A DNA stretch of 63,993 bases, the filler included, from Sphacelaria rigidula (Eukaryota), in NCBI GenBank assembly GCA_964200075.2. It is 3 parts of 3 records of this genome, joined end to end, with 100 filler letters (N's around TTAATTAATTAA, not from the genome) between each part and the next. Parts side by side here need not be neighbours in the genome. Positions count along the whole stretch, not along the records: positions 21,605 to 43,106 come from CAXNAA020000412.1; positions 43,207 to 63,993 come from CAXNAA020000492.1; 1 more part is not named here. The stretch is one strand, 5' to 3'. Position 1 is the stretch's first letter. The number at the start of each line of letters is the position of its first letter. The notes below the pieces were generated by a model. The model was not told the origin of the DNA. It made no database searches and worked only from the letters and a program-made list of their open reading frames with translations. Positions 38,653-51,300 of the stretch are shown here, piece after piece. The position numbers and the translations under genes were made by a program.

Positions 38653-38941
38653 TCAACTTCCCTCTACTTGTCGACGGTATCGCACAAAAAGTGTCCGAGC
38701 TGACACGGGGATGAGCGGGCGGATGAACTTCCACTTGTGAGCTACTCCGAGTAAGTCCAGAGTGTCGCAAGTTGAGTCATCATTGTCGAGTCGCGGACCC
38801 CTTCAGCCTGTCGGCCCTCGCCGCTTGTTCGCGTCGCCGCTTTGAGATTACGTCCACGGACGATTGGAACTCCTCGTCTGCGTCTCTGTAGTACCACGTG
38901 CCGTCCTTGGACAGAAATAAACGTTTCTCGTCAAGAGACAT
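38653..38941 (-). pseudogene. Frameshifted orphan ORF fragment
   Basis: MSLDEKRLFLSKDGTWYYRDADEEFQSSVDVISKRRREQAARADRLKG; removing one G from a GGGG run extends it through PRLDNDDSTCDTLDLLGVAHKWKFIRP... to a stop at 38653. Confidence 0.3.
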
Positions 38942-40382
38942 GATTTCTCCGTGCTTCGCACCAGCCAGCTACACGTGCGACATTCGTCGCAGTACAAGAA
39001 AGTGTATGTGACGATTGATACCGCAGAGGACAGTGGGATCGTGCGGCTCCTCGTACGTCTTTCGTCTCAATGCATGATTGTGAGCCTGCTTCACAGCAGG
39101 CGTGTGATTCTTCTTCCTTTATTGTGTACAGCCGAGTACGCACAGCAGGTTAAAATATGTGTGCAACTTCCAAAATATCTGTCGCTGGTAGAATTTGGAA
39201 GGGTCATCTGCTAATACTTGTCGGCAGTGTTGTCGTAGTGTTGTCCTAGCGGAGGAGTCCCCCTTGACGCCGTACATTGATGTGATTTGCTTGTGTATGT
39301 GTGTTTTTTCTTCGTCTTTCCGACGCGCTCAGCCGCTTGTCGTACGTAACACGACCGCATGTATGTGGAAGAGTGGGGAGAAAAAGAGGAGGCTGCTTGC
39401 GTACACATATTATTCAAGGAAGGTCGGCATTTCATGCACGCCGGCGAAAGAGAAACAAAACCTCACTGTTGTCAACCTTGCCTGCTACATATTATACACA
39501 TACACTGGTCCCTACGACAACAGATGATGTCAACATCCGTCCAACGTAGTGACGGCGTGGTGACCGGTCTTCTCTAGAGTGAGAGCCAACACATCCCCCA
39601 AAAGTCATTGAAGCTGGAAATAAAAAGTTCGCATACATTATATGTGCACGTATGGAAAGTACGTACTGGTTTTGGTATTCGTGATCAAGCTCAGTGGCGT
39701 TGCAAGATATTTCGATGCGCGGGTCTGCTCGTAGACCCTGGGTGCCGTGACGCATTGTTTCGCCTTTGTTATTGTCATTCTTGTGGCGAGATATTGAGCT
39801 TGACTGGAAGCCGTGGCCTCATCTTCTCGCCTTGCTGGCTTCGCCTTGCTTGCTGGCTCCGCGTTGCTGGCACCATCACTACGCTTTGCTCCTATGGCTG
39901 CGCCCCGGCTGTACTGAGTTAGAGAGCTGCTTGTAGATAAAGTATGATGCTATCAAACATGTGAGTTTTCAACCAGAAATTACATAAATCAACCTGTGTG
40001 CATTGTGTGCTTGATGGATAAGCTAAAGGTCTGTATGATGTTGCCCACGTTGGGAGCTTGGTGGGCTGGCACCATGGTATCCCCTGGCACTCATACTGAG
40101 AGACCCCAGCCAACACACTAGCTACCCCATCATTATGACATATTTTATATTTTAACATTATTCAGTGGTTGGTTACACACAAGCACGCGAGATCGTTACC
40201 GGCTCCCCCCAGTACACTACCTCGAGACTTTTGGGTTGGCGTCGAGTGGCAATGTTGCTGAAAAACAAACCAACAGCACCTAGACATATAATGTACAGAT
40301 TGTCACCGTACCTGTACCATGAACCACCACTAGACAAAAAAACTCCCGGACCGACAAACACAATAGACATGCAAAAACCTAA

Positions 40383-40595
40383 GACACTTTCTACGATAGC
40401 CCCCATTTGGATTTACGTGAAGAAAAGCCGAGCACAGCGAGAAGCTGGGAATTCCCACGCTTGAGTTCGTTCTAGCCAATGTCGCCAATATGAGGCGCTC
40501 CATGCAGCCTGAACTCGAACACCAGGCGCTGTATGGTCATTTTTTTCGTGACACTTTTAGCTGGTTTTGGGAGGGGGCTATCGTAGAAAGTGTCC
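40383..40595. mobile_element. PIF/Harbinger (Tourist-like) MITE
   Basis: 22-bp TIR GACACTTTCTACGATAGCCCCC / GGGGGCTATCGTAGAAAGTGTC flanked by TAA on both sides. Confidence 0.75.
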
Positions 40596-40830
40596 TAATT
40601 AACCAATTTTGTTTCCCCTAGACACAGACAAGATGGATATGGTGGATATGACGTAAAAACGCTGTCCTCTTTCTTAACTCATTTTCCTTATTCTGTGTGT
40701 ATTTTCCCCTTTTTTTTGCGGCTCTTGCTTCTTCCCTTTCCTCTTTCTCTACATGTGTTTTTCTCCTTCTCCTGTTTGCTGTTTTCGTTTTTTTTCTGTT
40801 GTTTTCCTGTTTTTCCCTGTTTTTTTCGCT

Positions 40831-41675
40831 ACCATACCACGACCCGGACATAAACATGGAATGAAGAAGGGAACCATCCCTTTCCTTTAAGCTACCACAC
40901 CACAGCCCGGACATAGACATGGTATAGAGGAACTTGCCCTGCTCTTCTATAATTTACCATGACACAGCCCGGACATGGACATAGAATGACGAAGCTAACC
41001 ATCCTTTGTCTTTAACTTACCACAACACAGCCCCGACATAGACATGAAATAGAGAAGCTGACCCTCTTTTTTCTTCAACCTACCATAACATAGCCCGGGT
41101 ATAGACGTGGATTGAAGAAGCTTAACATCTTTCTTCTCTAAGTTACCATGACACGACCCGGACATGGACATAGAATGACGAAGCTAACCATCCTTTGTCT
41201 TCAACATACCACAACACAGCCCCGACATAAACATGAAATAGAGAAGTTAACCCTCTTTTTTCTTCAAGCTACCATAACACAGCCCGGGCATAGACATGGG
41301 TTGGAGAAGCTCACCATCCTTCTTCTTTAAGCTGCTACAACACAGCCCGGACATAGACATAAAACAAAGAAGCTGACCCTGCTTTTTCTTTTACCTACCA
41401 TAACACAGCCCGGGTATTGACATGAAACAAAGGAGCTGATCCTCCTTTTCTTTCACCTAGCATAACATAGCCCAGACATAGACATGAAACAAAGAAGCTA
41501 ACCATCCTTCCTCTTGAACGTACCAGAACACAGCCTGGACATAAACATGGAATAGAGAAGCTAGCCATGCTTTTTCTTTAGCCTACCATAATACAGCCTG
41601 GGAATAGATATGAAACGAAGAAACCAACCATCCTTTGTCTTTGACCTGCCATAACACAGCACAGATACAGACGTA
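40831..41675 (+). repeat. 63-bp tandem array (~13 units) with a 189-bp higher-order repeat
   Basis: Unit about ACCATAACACAGCCCGGACATAGACATGAAATAGAGAAGCTAACCATCCTTTTTCTTCAACCT; near-identical variants lie 189 bp apart (about 40956 and 41145). Confidence 0.9.
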
Positions 41676-41849
41676 AAATAGTGGGGAAAAAAAACTACTT
41701 TCCTATATAGAGAAGGGAAATAATCGACAATATAAATCACAACAAAGGTAAAACAAGAATAGAACCAGAACCTAGACAAGTAAGTAATAGCGTCAAGGTT
41801 GACCACCTTACAGGAAAATCGAGAATACAAAATACATAGCAAGTACGGA

Positions 41850-43100
41850 TAGGGTAGGGTCATCACCCCTCCATGTTGAAGTCACATGGACGTTGGAGTC
41901 TCGTGGTGAGATACCCATTCAACCTCACCGGTTTCCGGTAGGCGGTGGAAATCTGGTCAGCCATTTTCCTGAAATTTCCGACATTAAGTACTAAAAGCGC
42001 CTATTGAAGGCAAGGGGTAGATACTGCATGACATAAACGACAAGACCTACTGTGCACTCATGAAACAAACACCTTACCAATGGCCGACCTACGAGAAGGA
42101 GCACCAAATGGTACGTAGACTTCTTGAGATTTTGAAGGACAAAAGCTGGTACAAAGTGTGGGGGAATCGTTGGCCAAACTTTCGGCAGCGAAGGTCCACT
42201 CGGAAGCATTAATGGAGTAGCGACCCATGGTGAACCACGGAGTGGGAAAAGTGGTGTACGGGACATGCGGATGTGAGTAAGACCGTGTGTTGTGCAAGCC
42301 GTCCTTGAATCCTACACGGTGAAAATGACCTCCCTGAAGGAAAGTAACCAGTACAGCAGCGGGGCAAGAAGGTAGAAGATACGGTCGTGGGGCGTCTGGA
42401 TGGTTAACCATGAAGATCGCTTGGCACGAACGTGGGGTACTTGTATCAAAGGTGTTGGACTTGGCTTCAGGCTACGAGCCCGTGTTGGAGGCATTCTTTA
42501 GTATCGGTGAGCCAGAAAAAAAACTCAAAGGCTCTAGATCCCCAACAAGTACTAGGATTGGGATGTCCCAGTACGTTGACTACGTCCCACCGATACAACT
42601 CAAGCGAAGAAGCTGGAGATTCTCTCGAAAGAGATCGAGAGAGAGACGGTAAGGAAGGACGGATGGATAAGTAAGGAGTGGACGGATAAAGTAGTAGTAG
42701 TGGTGGTATCCGGAGTTTGTAGCGATATGACGAGAATATACTTCTAAAAGAAATGCAATGGACTTGAACGGCCTTGTTTGGTAAGAGGAAAATTAGGAAG
42801 GGGGGGCGAACACTTCCGAGTCACGTGAAAACAGAGCGCGAGAAAGAAGTGGAAAAGGATCGAGACAAGTATGGTGTCGGCATGGGTTAGAAAAATAGGG
42901 TGGAGAGTATGCATAGCTAGTGGAACAACAAACCTAGGACGTAGTCCATGGGTAAACGGAGGGGGAGAGGAATAGGTTAGTACCCGGAAGGGGAAGGGGG
43001 GGGTGTACTCATGATCATGCATGCCATAGTCATGAAACAGCCGATCATCTATGTTGAGGATGGTGCTTTTCATTGAGGATGAGAACCCGGAGGATTAAAA
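41850..43100 (-). mobile_element. Degraded Penelope-like retroelement (RT C-terminus plus GIY-YIG endonuclease)
   Basis: Frameshifted minus-strand motifs in the expected order: KSNTF...RSC, VTFLQGG, YSHPHVP, LPKVWPTIPP..AF...NLK, ECTVGLVVYVMQ, EVEWVSHHET..P. These parallel PLE motifs KPTN..QYL..S.HP, FL.RGY, TYHP.LP, IF..PP.VAF...NL, C...NVVY.I.C and E..WI..L.T..P.GLN. Confidence 0.6.
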
Positions 43101-43106
43101 TCTTCG

Positions 43107-43206
43107 NNNNNNNNNNNNNNNNNNNNNNNNNNNNNNNNNNNNNNNNNNNNTTAATTAATTAANNNNNNNNNNNNNNNNNNNNNNNNNNNNNNNNNNNNNN
43201 NNNNNN
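43107..43206. other. Assembly gap with artificial TTAATTAATTAA linker
   Basis: N44-TTAATTAATTAA-N44. Confidence 0.97.
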
Positions 43207-45633
43207 ATACTAAAACCAAGTAATTTCCAGACGAATCATTATTTGTCCGACCCTTGCACGATTTCGATAAACATCGTCGATACGGCGTATCGAATTCGCC
43301 GGTTTCCAAGCCGATATTTGTCGATACGTACCAATATCGATATCGGATATCGGATATCGATACGGTAGATATTTTGTTCTTATTTCTTTACCGGGGGGTG
43401 GTGGGTAGCATATCGTCCCCCCTTTTCTCGCATGCCTCCGCCCACCGCCCGCCACCCCATCGCTCACCACCCCAGCACCCACCACACATGGCAACATTAT
43501 CACGAAGAAACGCAACAGGCTGGGTTCCGAAGCGGTCAACAACTTAGTATTTCTTCATGGGTGGCAAGGGGTCTGGTGACAAATGGGTGATTCGAACCCG
43601 AGGGCCAAGAACAGTGTTTTTCCTTTGCAATATTATGGAGGCGGTGTGTTGATCACGTCAATAATCCGAAGCGGTGAAACACTTTGAGACGTTCATGCTC
43701 CAAGGCCTAACATATGATGCTGAGGGAGCAGACGATTTGGGGGAAGAGGGCTCCACATCGGCCCGGATAAGAGGCACTACAGAGGTCGGGCACGCATATC
43801 TCAGCGGGAGGGGGCAAGAAGGTATGTCGCTGCGTGGTTGAGAAGCATTCATTGTTCGATATATGCAGGTCCCGGCTGCGGCGACAATGCAATGCATTGA
43901 TCGCCTGTGGTCCGCGTACCCTGACGGCGTACCTGTACTGTACCAGGTAGGCAATGAGTGTGGCAAAGAGTAGGCATATACAGAGAGGGTGCAACGTGTT
44001 CGCTGCTGTGCGGTGCGCTGTATCATGCATCGGCGCATGTCGCCATGCTACAGTAATTCATGTCCACAGTGCACTTGTGATTCCCCGTGTATGTTTGCTG
44101 CGAGTTGAAGACTACCCGAAGTTGACATTTCTCCCTCATGTTACGCATGACTGCTCTCTGACACTACTATAGTTAATGTAGTATAGTCCGTAGAGATGAC
44201 GTCTTGGTGAGTACAGATTGATTGGCGGTATTGTAACACCCCCCTCGGGATATATGCTGTAGTGCTCATATGAGTTAGGGTTGAGTAGCGCAAATCCCAC
44301 GCCACAACGTGTAGCACGGCCTGTGCTTTAGTGACACTGGCCCTTATCTCCTGCTGCATGCATCACGCGTGAACGGGTGGCCCCATGCGACATCCCGTTT
44401 GTAGCAGTACCCACGAGATGTGGTGAGATGCTCTTCAGGGAGAACAAGATGTTGCCCCGCAATTGCACAGCGATCATTGCGGTATCAGCGAGTTGCACAC
44501 GAATAGACAGGATGAGGTTAACTTGTGCGATCATATCACTGTGCAGGGCGATAGCGGTCGCCTCAGCGATGTACGAGCGCGTGTGTCACCCCGCCTGTCC
44601 TCTGCAGCTGAAATTAGGATATTTATCCATATCTGACGGTGATTAACACCCCCCTCATGAAAACGGTCCGAGGGCTCACGGGCGGGATAGTCCGGACATG
44701 TAGACATCAGCGCTTCTGTCCTGCGACGGAGTTTGTTCCTTCCCAACATGCACGCATTTCAGCTCATTTCAGCGGGTGCAATCAGTCGTGTATGTGTGAA
44801 GAAAGTGCCGAAACATGAGTCGGAGTCGGGATTCCACGTGCGATGCCGTCGATCGATTTCGGTTGAGCAGCCATGATTGTGCGGGTGTGCCGCTGTCACA
44901 AGGCGGGCGGGATTTGTAGAAGGCTATACTTTGTAAAACATGCCAGTCGCCTTCCTTCATTCATTCCACCATTGTTACGTGAACAGGTGTGATGGCAGGG
45001 AACAAAAAGGGTGCAAGTACAACTTGGGTATGATTGAAGCCACCATTATGAATCACGACAGACATTCGCATTGTGCATGACACCCCGCAACACGCAACGT
45101 TAGCATCCGCTCCGATTCGTGTAAATATGCTGTATTCCTTCATCAATTGCTCGTGATTGCGAAGCACCATGCTCCCCACCAATTGAGATTCCGATAACCG
45201 ATGTCTTGGGGTCTTGTAGAAAAAATCAATGAAGGGGAGTGGACGCGAATAAATGAGGTCCGAAATAAAATTTGGTGTGGTGGAGTCTTCGTAATCCAAC
45301 AGCGAAAAAATCGTTCAGTGCGCCGAAATGTTGCTTGTGTCTACCCTAATTGTGTGGCGTGTGGTAGTTCTCAAAAGCTACCTGTCGGCGAAGTAAGTCA
45401 CCATATTTTGCTCGAGCATAGTATGAGTGCAGCATGCAGCACATGGCAGTCATGTGCTTTCGAGTTTTCCGCGCGGCAGTAAACGTAGCCCGTGCTGTAG
45501 GTTCCGTTTACGGTCTGTACCACACGACGAGTTCCGTGCGGTAGGGAAAAGTGCAACCGGGTATCTTTCGTGGGGCCTGCTGTACGGACTGTGTTGTGCC
45601 GAATATCGACCCATGATAATAAATTACTGTTAG

Positions 45634-46693
45634 AGTTGGTTGATGGGGTGCGACTCCTGCCTGCATGTTTGACATACCGTCGATGCGGCGATCATGATCC
45701 CCCCCCCGCGCCGGATCTTACTCATGCTGCTTTTGCTCCCTCCGTGTACGCCATGGAGCGCAGGTTGGAAGGATTGGAGCGGAGCAACTCTACGCGTCGG
45801 CGAAGAGGGGTCGCCAGCTCCAGTAGCAGGAGCGGTACACCCCCGGTGCACCCGGCTGCATGACGGCGGCTGAGAGGAGAGACGCGGCGCGGTCTAATCG
45901 TGATGCCACTTTCGGCGATGAACCATCGCCGGGTATCACCAGCGACGGCACACCGGTCGCCGGCGAGCGCCCACCAGCTTTGGCCAGCGGCTCCCGCTGA
46001 CGCAGTCGCCGACAGTCTGCCGCGCGAGGAGGATGTAGCGGGAATATGCTGGCAGGATTTCTGTTGGGGGTGCAACGGCCGACGTCACCTACCTCTACAG
46101 AAGAACCTGGGCAGGACGACGTGCATACCCCCAAAAGGCGGGAACGGGTGTCGCTGTCATGCGGAAAGGCGGCTTGTGGTACCACGGAAGCGTGGCCGAC
46201 GCCCTGTCCGGTATGTCCTGGTAATCCCATGCACTCCGGCGATCTACTGTGTTGCACGTGCCACTGGCGGCCGCCGGACACACCACGCTCCGACCCACAA
46301 TTTCGGCATCTTCCCGATGACGAGGCGGTCGCCGATGCGGCGGAACTCTGGGATCGGATGTCAGCGACGGGCGCGGCGGCAAAGACGGCAGTTGTGCCGG
46401 GTTGGGTGCCGAGCCGCGGGTGTCTGTGTTATGCCCCCGATTGCTTCTATGCTCTCCGGAGGAGAGAGAAGCTGAAGGAGGAGCGGGCGGTGGCGAAGTG
46501 CATAGCATGCTGCCGGACGCCAAAGACGGAGTTGCGGACAGCCGGGACAAAAATTCGACTCATGCAAGAATTACCATGTTGTCGGTGTAACCAGATAGTA
46601 GCGCGGCAGACAGTGGAGAGGAGTCCGATGCGGAGACCTTACCGGAGCCCGGGGACTTCTGAGCAGACGGGAGCACCCACTTGCAGCGGCATG
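45634..46693 (+). pseudogene. GC-rich, Cys-rich coding-like segment (possible zinc-binding protein exon), apparently disrupted
   Basis: TAG acceptor at 45633 and GTGAGC donor at 46694. ORF 46046-46795 has CGKAAC, CPVC, CCTCH, CYAPDC, CIACC and CCRC. The upstream part is in another frame with a TGA at 45861-45863. Confidence 0.4.
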
Positions 46694-48261
46694 GTGAGCA
46701 CTCAATGGTTTCTGTTATTTTCAACACGTACGCGGAGCTATAACGGCATACACGTACGTGCTGGAAGCGAGATGCCAGAGGACAACCCCCAATGAACGAC
46801 ACGCCGTGTCCGTACCACCGAGAATACAGCAGTCGGGTGTTGCGTCCTGTGCCCCACCTGCTTCTAGAGATACCGGTCACCCGCGGTAATGCCGGATGCT
46901 GACTAAGCATGTACTTTTTTTTCAATGCCATGAATAAAATCATAGCGGAATGATTGGCACTAGTGCCGTTTTGTTCACGCTATACCTACCAGTAGTGTTT
47001 TCGCGCATCAGGCGCTTGGCTCCAAACAGTGATCATAGGCGCATGGTGGTATGTCGACATCATGCCCCGGTATCTGTGGGAAGAGATGGAACTGGAGTCG
47101 TTTATTCACGGACTCCGATACACCTAAGAATAAAGACACACGAGCAGAAAATAAAATGAAGATGAGGGCCGTCAACACCCAGAAGAAGCCGCACCCCCCA
47201 CGTTCATCCCTCTAACGTAACACAGGCAGTAGATGGCGAATTATTTTCAGATAAAATGTGGCGGAATATCAGGAAAGAAAATCATAGCTGGCGTCATTGT
47301 CAGGCAAGGGTATATGGGAGGCGTACTGAACTGACGGAAAGTGTCTGGCAGGATATGGAGACTACACCGCAAACCGCACCCGCAACCGAGCACGTTATGA
47401 AGAGCGTACCCGGTCCCCTGGTAACGGGACGGGAGGCTCAAAGAACTCTTACAGCCATCGGATGAGGATATGAAAGTGTTTCCGAGTTTTCAGAATTCAT
47501 GTGGCACCGTTGATAATTCCTTGGTTGATTTGATTGTCGCACTTGAAGTAACCCCCCAGCGATTCGGCGGTGGTGACATGATAGACGTGCCCAAGACACA
47601 ACAGAAGTCAAAACCGAGCCTGCAAACCGTTAGAAACAGAAGAAAAGGATGACACAAGTATATAATATACGCAGACGTACAACAAGAAGCGACAGACAGA
47701 ATAATTAAATATCGTGAACACCTGGGAGAGTGCCTCTGGTATACAGACCCTACAGAACACAACATTGGAAAACAGCACGGCAACGACAGGAGTCGCGCGC
47801 GCAAGTCATGCAAAATCGCCGCAGATGAGAATGTTCACAAAATTCCACAAAGTAGTGAATATCGCGTCTGGCATGAATCATGTCGGTTGTTGATTATATT
47901 CTTCGGTGACTGACCGGTGCCCACTGGTGTGTATCTGTACCTCCTCTGCTGCCCTGAATCCCTGGGGCTTTTGCTGTTTTTCATCATACTATTTTAATTT
48001 TATCGCCCCTGCTCTTTACTTTCCTCTTCTATTTCTTCTTTTCTGGTTCTAGGTCGGCCATAAACTTCTATGCTTTTCTTTTCTTGACTTTTTTTTACAA
48101 TCGTCAATGATTGATTGATTGATTGGTTGGTTGATTGATTCTCGCACTTCAATATTATGATTTTCTTACATATCAGTCTACTATGTAATTCTCTTCTACC
48201 TTTTGTTTCATCTGTTCCTTCTTTTCTTCAGCGAGTGCTTCAGTCTTCTTTTTATTGGGTG

Positions 48262-48335
48262 CGTCTATCATGAGACCATGGCTAGATCCCTGGGGGGTCA
48301 CTTAAAGTGCGACAACCAATGAATTAATTAATTAG
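48262..48335 (+). mobile_element. 3' end of a non-LTR retroelement with a simple-repeat tail
   Basis: GTCTATCATGAGACCA.GGCT.GA.CCCTGGGGGGT.A.TTAAAGTGCGACAA plus a tail is repeated at 57951-58030; a related inverted copy lies near 27620-27680. Confidence 0.55.
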
Positions 48336-51300
48336 AGCAACTTCATGCTGAAGTATCACCGGAATTAAATACGCCAGACCACTGTCGTGCGCGCTTATTA
48401 CTGGGACTGGCGCAGGTATTCACGTCGGACAGGTCTAAATATTTACCCGATGTCCATGGGACGAAGGGCGCCGCGGGATGGCAGGGCATGGCATTTGACG
48501 GGAGGAAGTGCGGCCGCAGGGACGTGGCAGATGAAGTTATGCTGTAGTAACGCCGGTCACCCCGTGATTCTGCCGCGCAAATCCCAACGTCCGGACCCGG
48601 CGGCGACTGTACTTGGTGGCCGTGGTGAATGCGCCACGGCCCGCCCGTCATGTGTGATGCCAAGCTAATTGTTGGGTGGTAAGGTGGTGGCAATTGCGAC
48701 GATAAAGACCACTTGTGTGGAAGTGTAGAAGCGCCCAAAGTTGCGGGCCGTGCGGTGCGACGGCATTTATGCGGGGGCCTGGGCGGGTAGAGGCGAGGGT
48801 GTTGATGTAGCGCGATGGCGCCGCTGTGCAGGGGCGTTGTTTGTATCGTTGTGGCGGTGCTGTACGGTAACACCCATTTCATGTTGTATTAGTCACAGAG
48901 CGGTACGATGCATGAAATTATTTCGGTGCGTTTTCACGGCACACGGCGGATGGGACATCATCGCGAGGGACGGGGAGGCACGCAAAACCTGTCGAGTTTT
49001 GCGATATGTATGCTCGTGCGGTGTGCACGACTTGCTACCGCGAAGCGATCGCGCGCGCCGACAACCCCCTATTTTCGTCTCCTTTTTGTTCTGGTTGTTT
49101 TGATAACACTTTCATTCGCTTTTTTTCTGTTTTTGAATCGCATCTGTGACTTGTTTGTAGCACGATAGGTTATTTTCATTTTTTTAGCTCTATCTTTACA
49201 ATCTTTGCCTTTCACCACGGGAAGCGCCCGCGTAATATGCCCGGTACAAAGCAATGCGGTGATGTCGAACTGGTTAAAACTCTTCACGCAACAATTGCAA
49301 CGACTACAACGACAAGTTGGGCGCATGGATCGTGCTTTACAGACAATCCACATTCCAATGAGTGCACAAACACCCATCGAAATGCTGATCACCACAAATA
49401 TTGGGGGGTCATGATAACGCGAGAGGGCAAGGTTCCCCCCGGGAGCAATGCTACGGCAGGAGTGCACTTCCGACGCAAAATCTCGTCTGGTTCAGGGGCT
49501 CCGAACGACTCCAGAGGCACAATAATGTGGGTCAGGACATTCTCGTTGGCAAATTCATTCGGGATATTCTCCGCACACTAGAGAAATAAACCTGGCGTAC
49601 TCTCACATATTTCATAAGTCGTGTTTTGAATTAGATCAAGGCAAGAAAACAGTTTTTGACCCCAGACAAAAAAAGTGCACCCCTACTGTAGTATCACCCC
49701 CGGCCTTCGCAGCTAGTGCCTCGCGTACGTGCACTTATGCTGTGATGAGAAGCGATCCCGAACTGGCCACGAAAATGCCGCGCGTACCTGGGCTGTAACT
49801 TATTGCATCAGATGACGCCAAGGATATTAAAGTTTTCCGTATCCCAGCACCGCCGGAATGTGCGGTGAAAAGACTAATGCGCCGTGTTTACTTCAAATGA
49901 CCTGTGGCAGTCGATCACACTGCACGGTGCTGTCACCGTGCATCATCTCACGCGATGGGCTTCAATATCTTCCCCAAACTCTTAGCGAAAGATACCCGTC
50001 ACAACTACCGCCATCGCGGAAGATCCGCTCCACGGTGTTGCAGGGACTGCACGAGGAGTACCGATGGACATCACTGCCGCCATATATGTTTCTCTGCCCA
50101 CGCTTCCTGTTTATACCGCGGTATTCCGCAGTGCACCCCCTGGCTTTTGCTCTGGACAAGTGTACTGCATACAGTACGGAAAATGCGATCGCGATACAAA
50201 CAACGTACCATACTGTATGCAGTACACCTGTTGCGACAGGTGGCTGTCGGGGTGGCGGAAATTGTATACTAGGATCAAATGAAAATGACGTCAAGTCCGC
50301 AACACGCCGACGGCGTGCCTGTCAGGGAAACGTCAATATCTTTACGTGGAATCAGGAACACGCAGAATATCCGGTTGATTGCGATAGAAGGACACTACAA
50401 GAACCTCCCCTATCATTGTCAGGCCGCCGTGATGAGGAGAACGGTAAGTCTGGCACTGAAAGATGAGAGACGTTGCCCGCTGCCGGAGCAGGTTCGCATT
50501 GCTCCTCGGCTGAACACACTCTCCTCTTTGGCTACTCTGCGCGGCCCCGCCTTGCTCGACACGGCGTCTAAACCCCAACGGCATCTACCTTCACTGTCGA
50601 GCAATTCTCGTCTTGGTGCCAGCCTCGACCGACAGGGGGGCGATGTAGACAACAAGGCTGGCAAGATATGCCCCTGGCTCCGTACGGATTTGATACCATT
50701 ACCCTCTAGAACTGTCATTAGAAAGTGTTCTACTTTTCGGAACAGGTTCAGCATCGTCCAAAATCTTTGTTTCAGGTCACGCTGCGCTTAAAACGCATTG
50801 GATCGCCGCAACTGCCGCGTCGACACATAGCTCCGGCTTCAACCCACACACACATCAACTTTCAGCTTCATCAGACGCTAGGTGTGCGGTATTGGGGCGC
50901 CAATTTTCCGAAAACACCGCCTCCATATCATTGAAAAGGAATAACACTGAGGAAACAATGCGCTCATGAGACGTCACCGCACTGGAGCCAACTCGTGTTT
51001 GTGTGTCCGGCGTTTCCACAGTGTTTGCACATTGCAGTTGGTAATTTAGTGGTATCGCATGTGCAGACATCAGAAGGGGGTGAAAGAGTACCGCGGATGC
51101 CTCGGGAATGTTTCATGTCGGCGGGAGTGTTTCGCGGGTGAGGGTAGACGGCCATTTTCATTTCCCATAATATCCATTTGTTTTCTGCAAGCTTTTGATC
51201 TCTCGTGCTTTGGCATTTAGGGGTTTGGAGTTTATACTTTGTTGGGCATCCACCAACGAAAAAAGTTGACGTATGCTGCCAACGTTTTCCCTTGTTTTGT

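Noticed and set aside
40831-41675. CRISPR-like regular spacing in the 63-bp and 42-bp arrays and the ATATAT repeats at 34110-34400
   Set aside because: The whole unit is homologous between copies (no unique spacers), the context is eukaryotic and no cas-like ORFs are present.
44300-45500. Chain of short minus-strand ORFs suggestive of a decayed transposase
   Set aside because: No DDE, helicase or other motif recognisable by eye; needs a translated HMM search.
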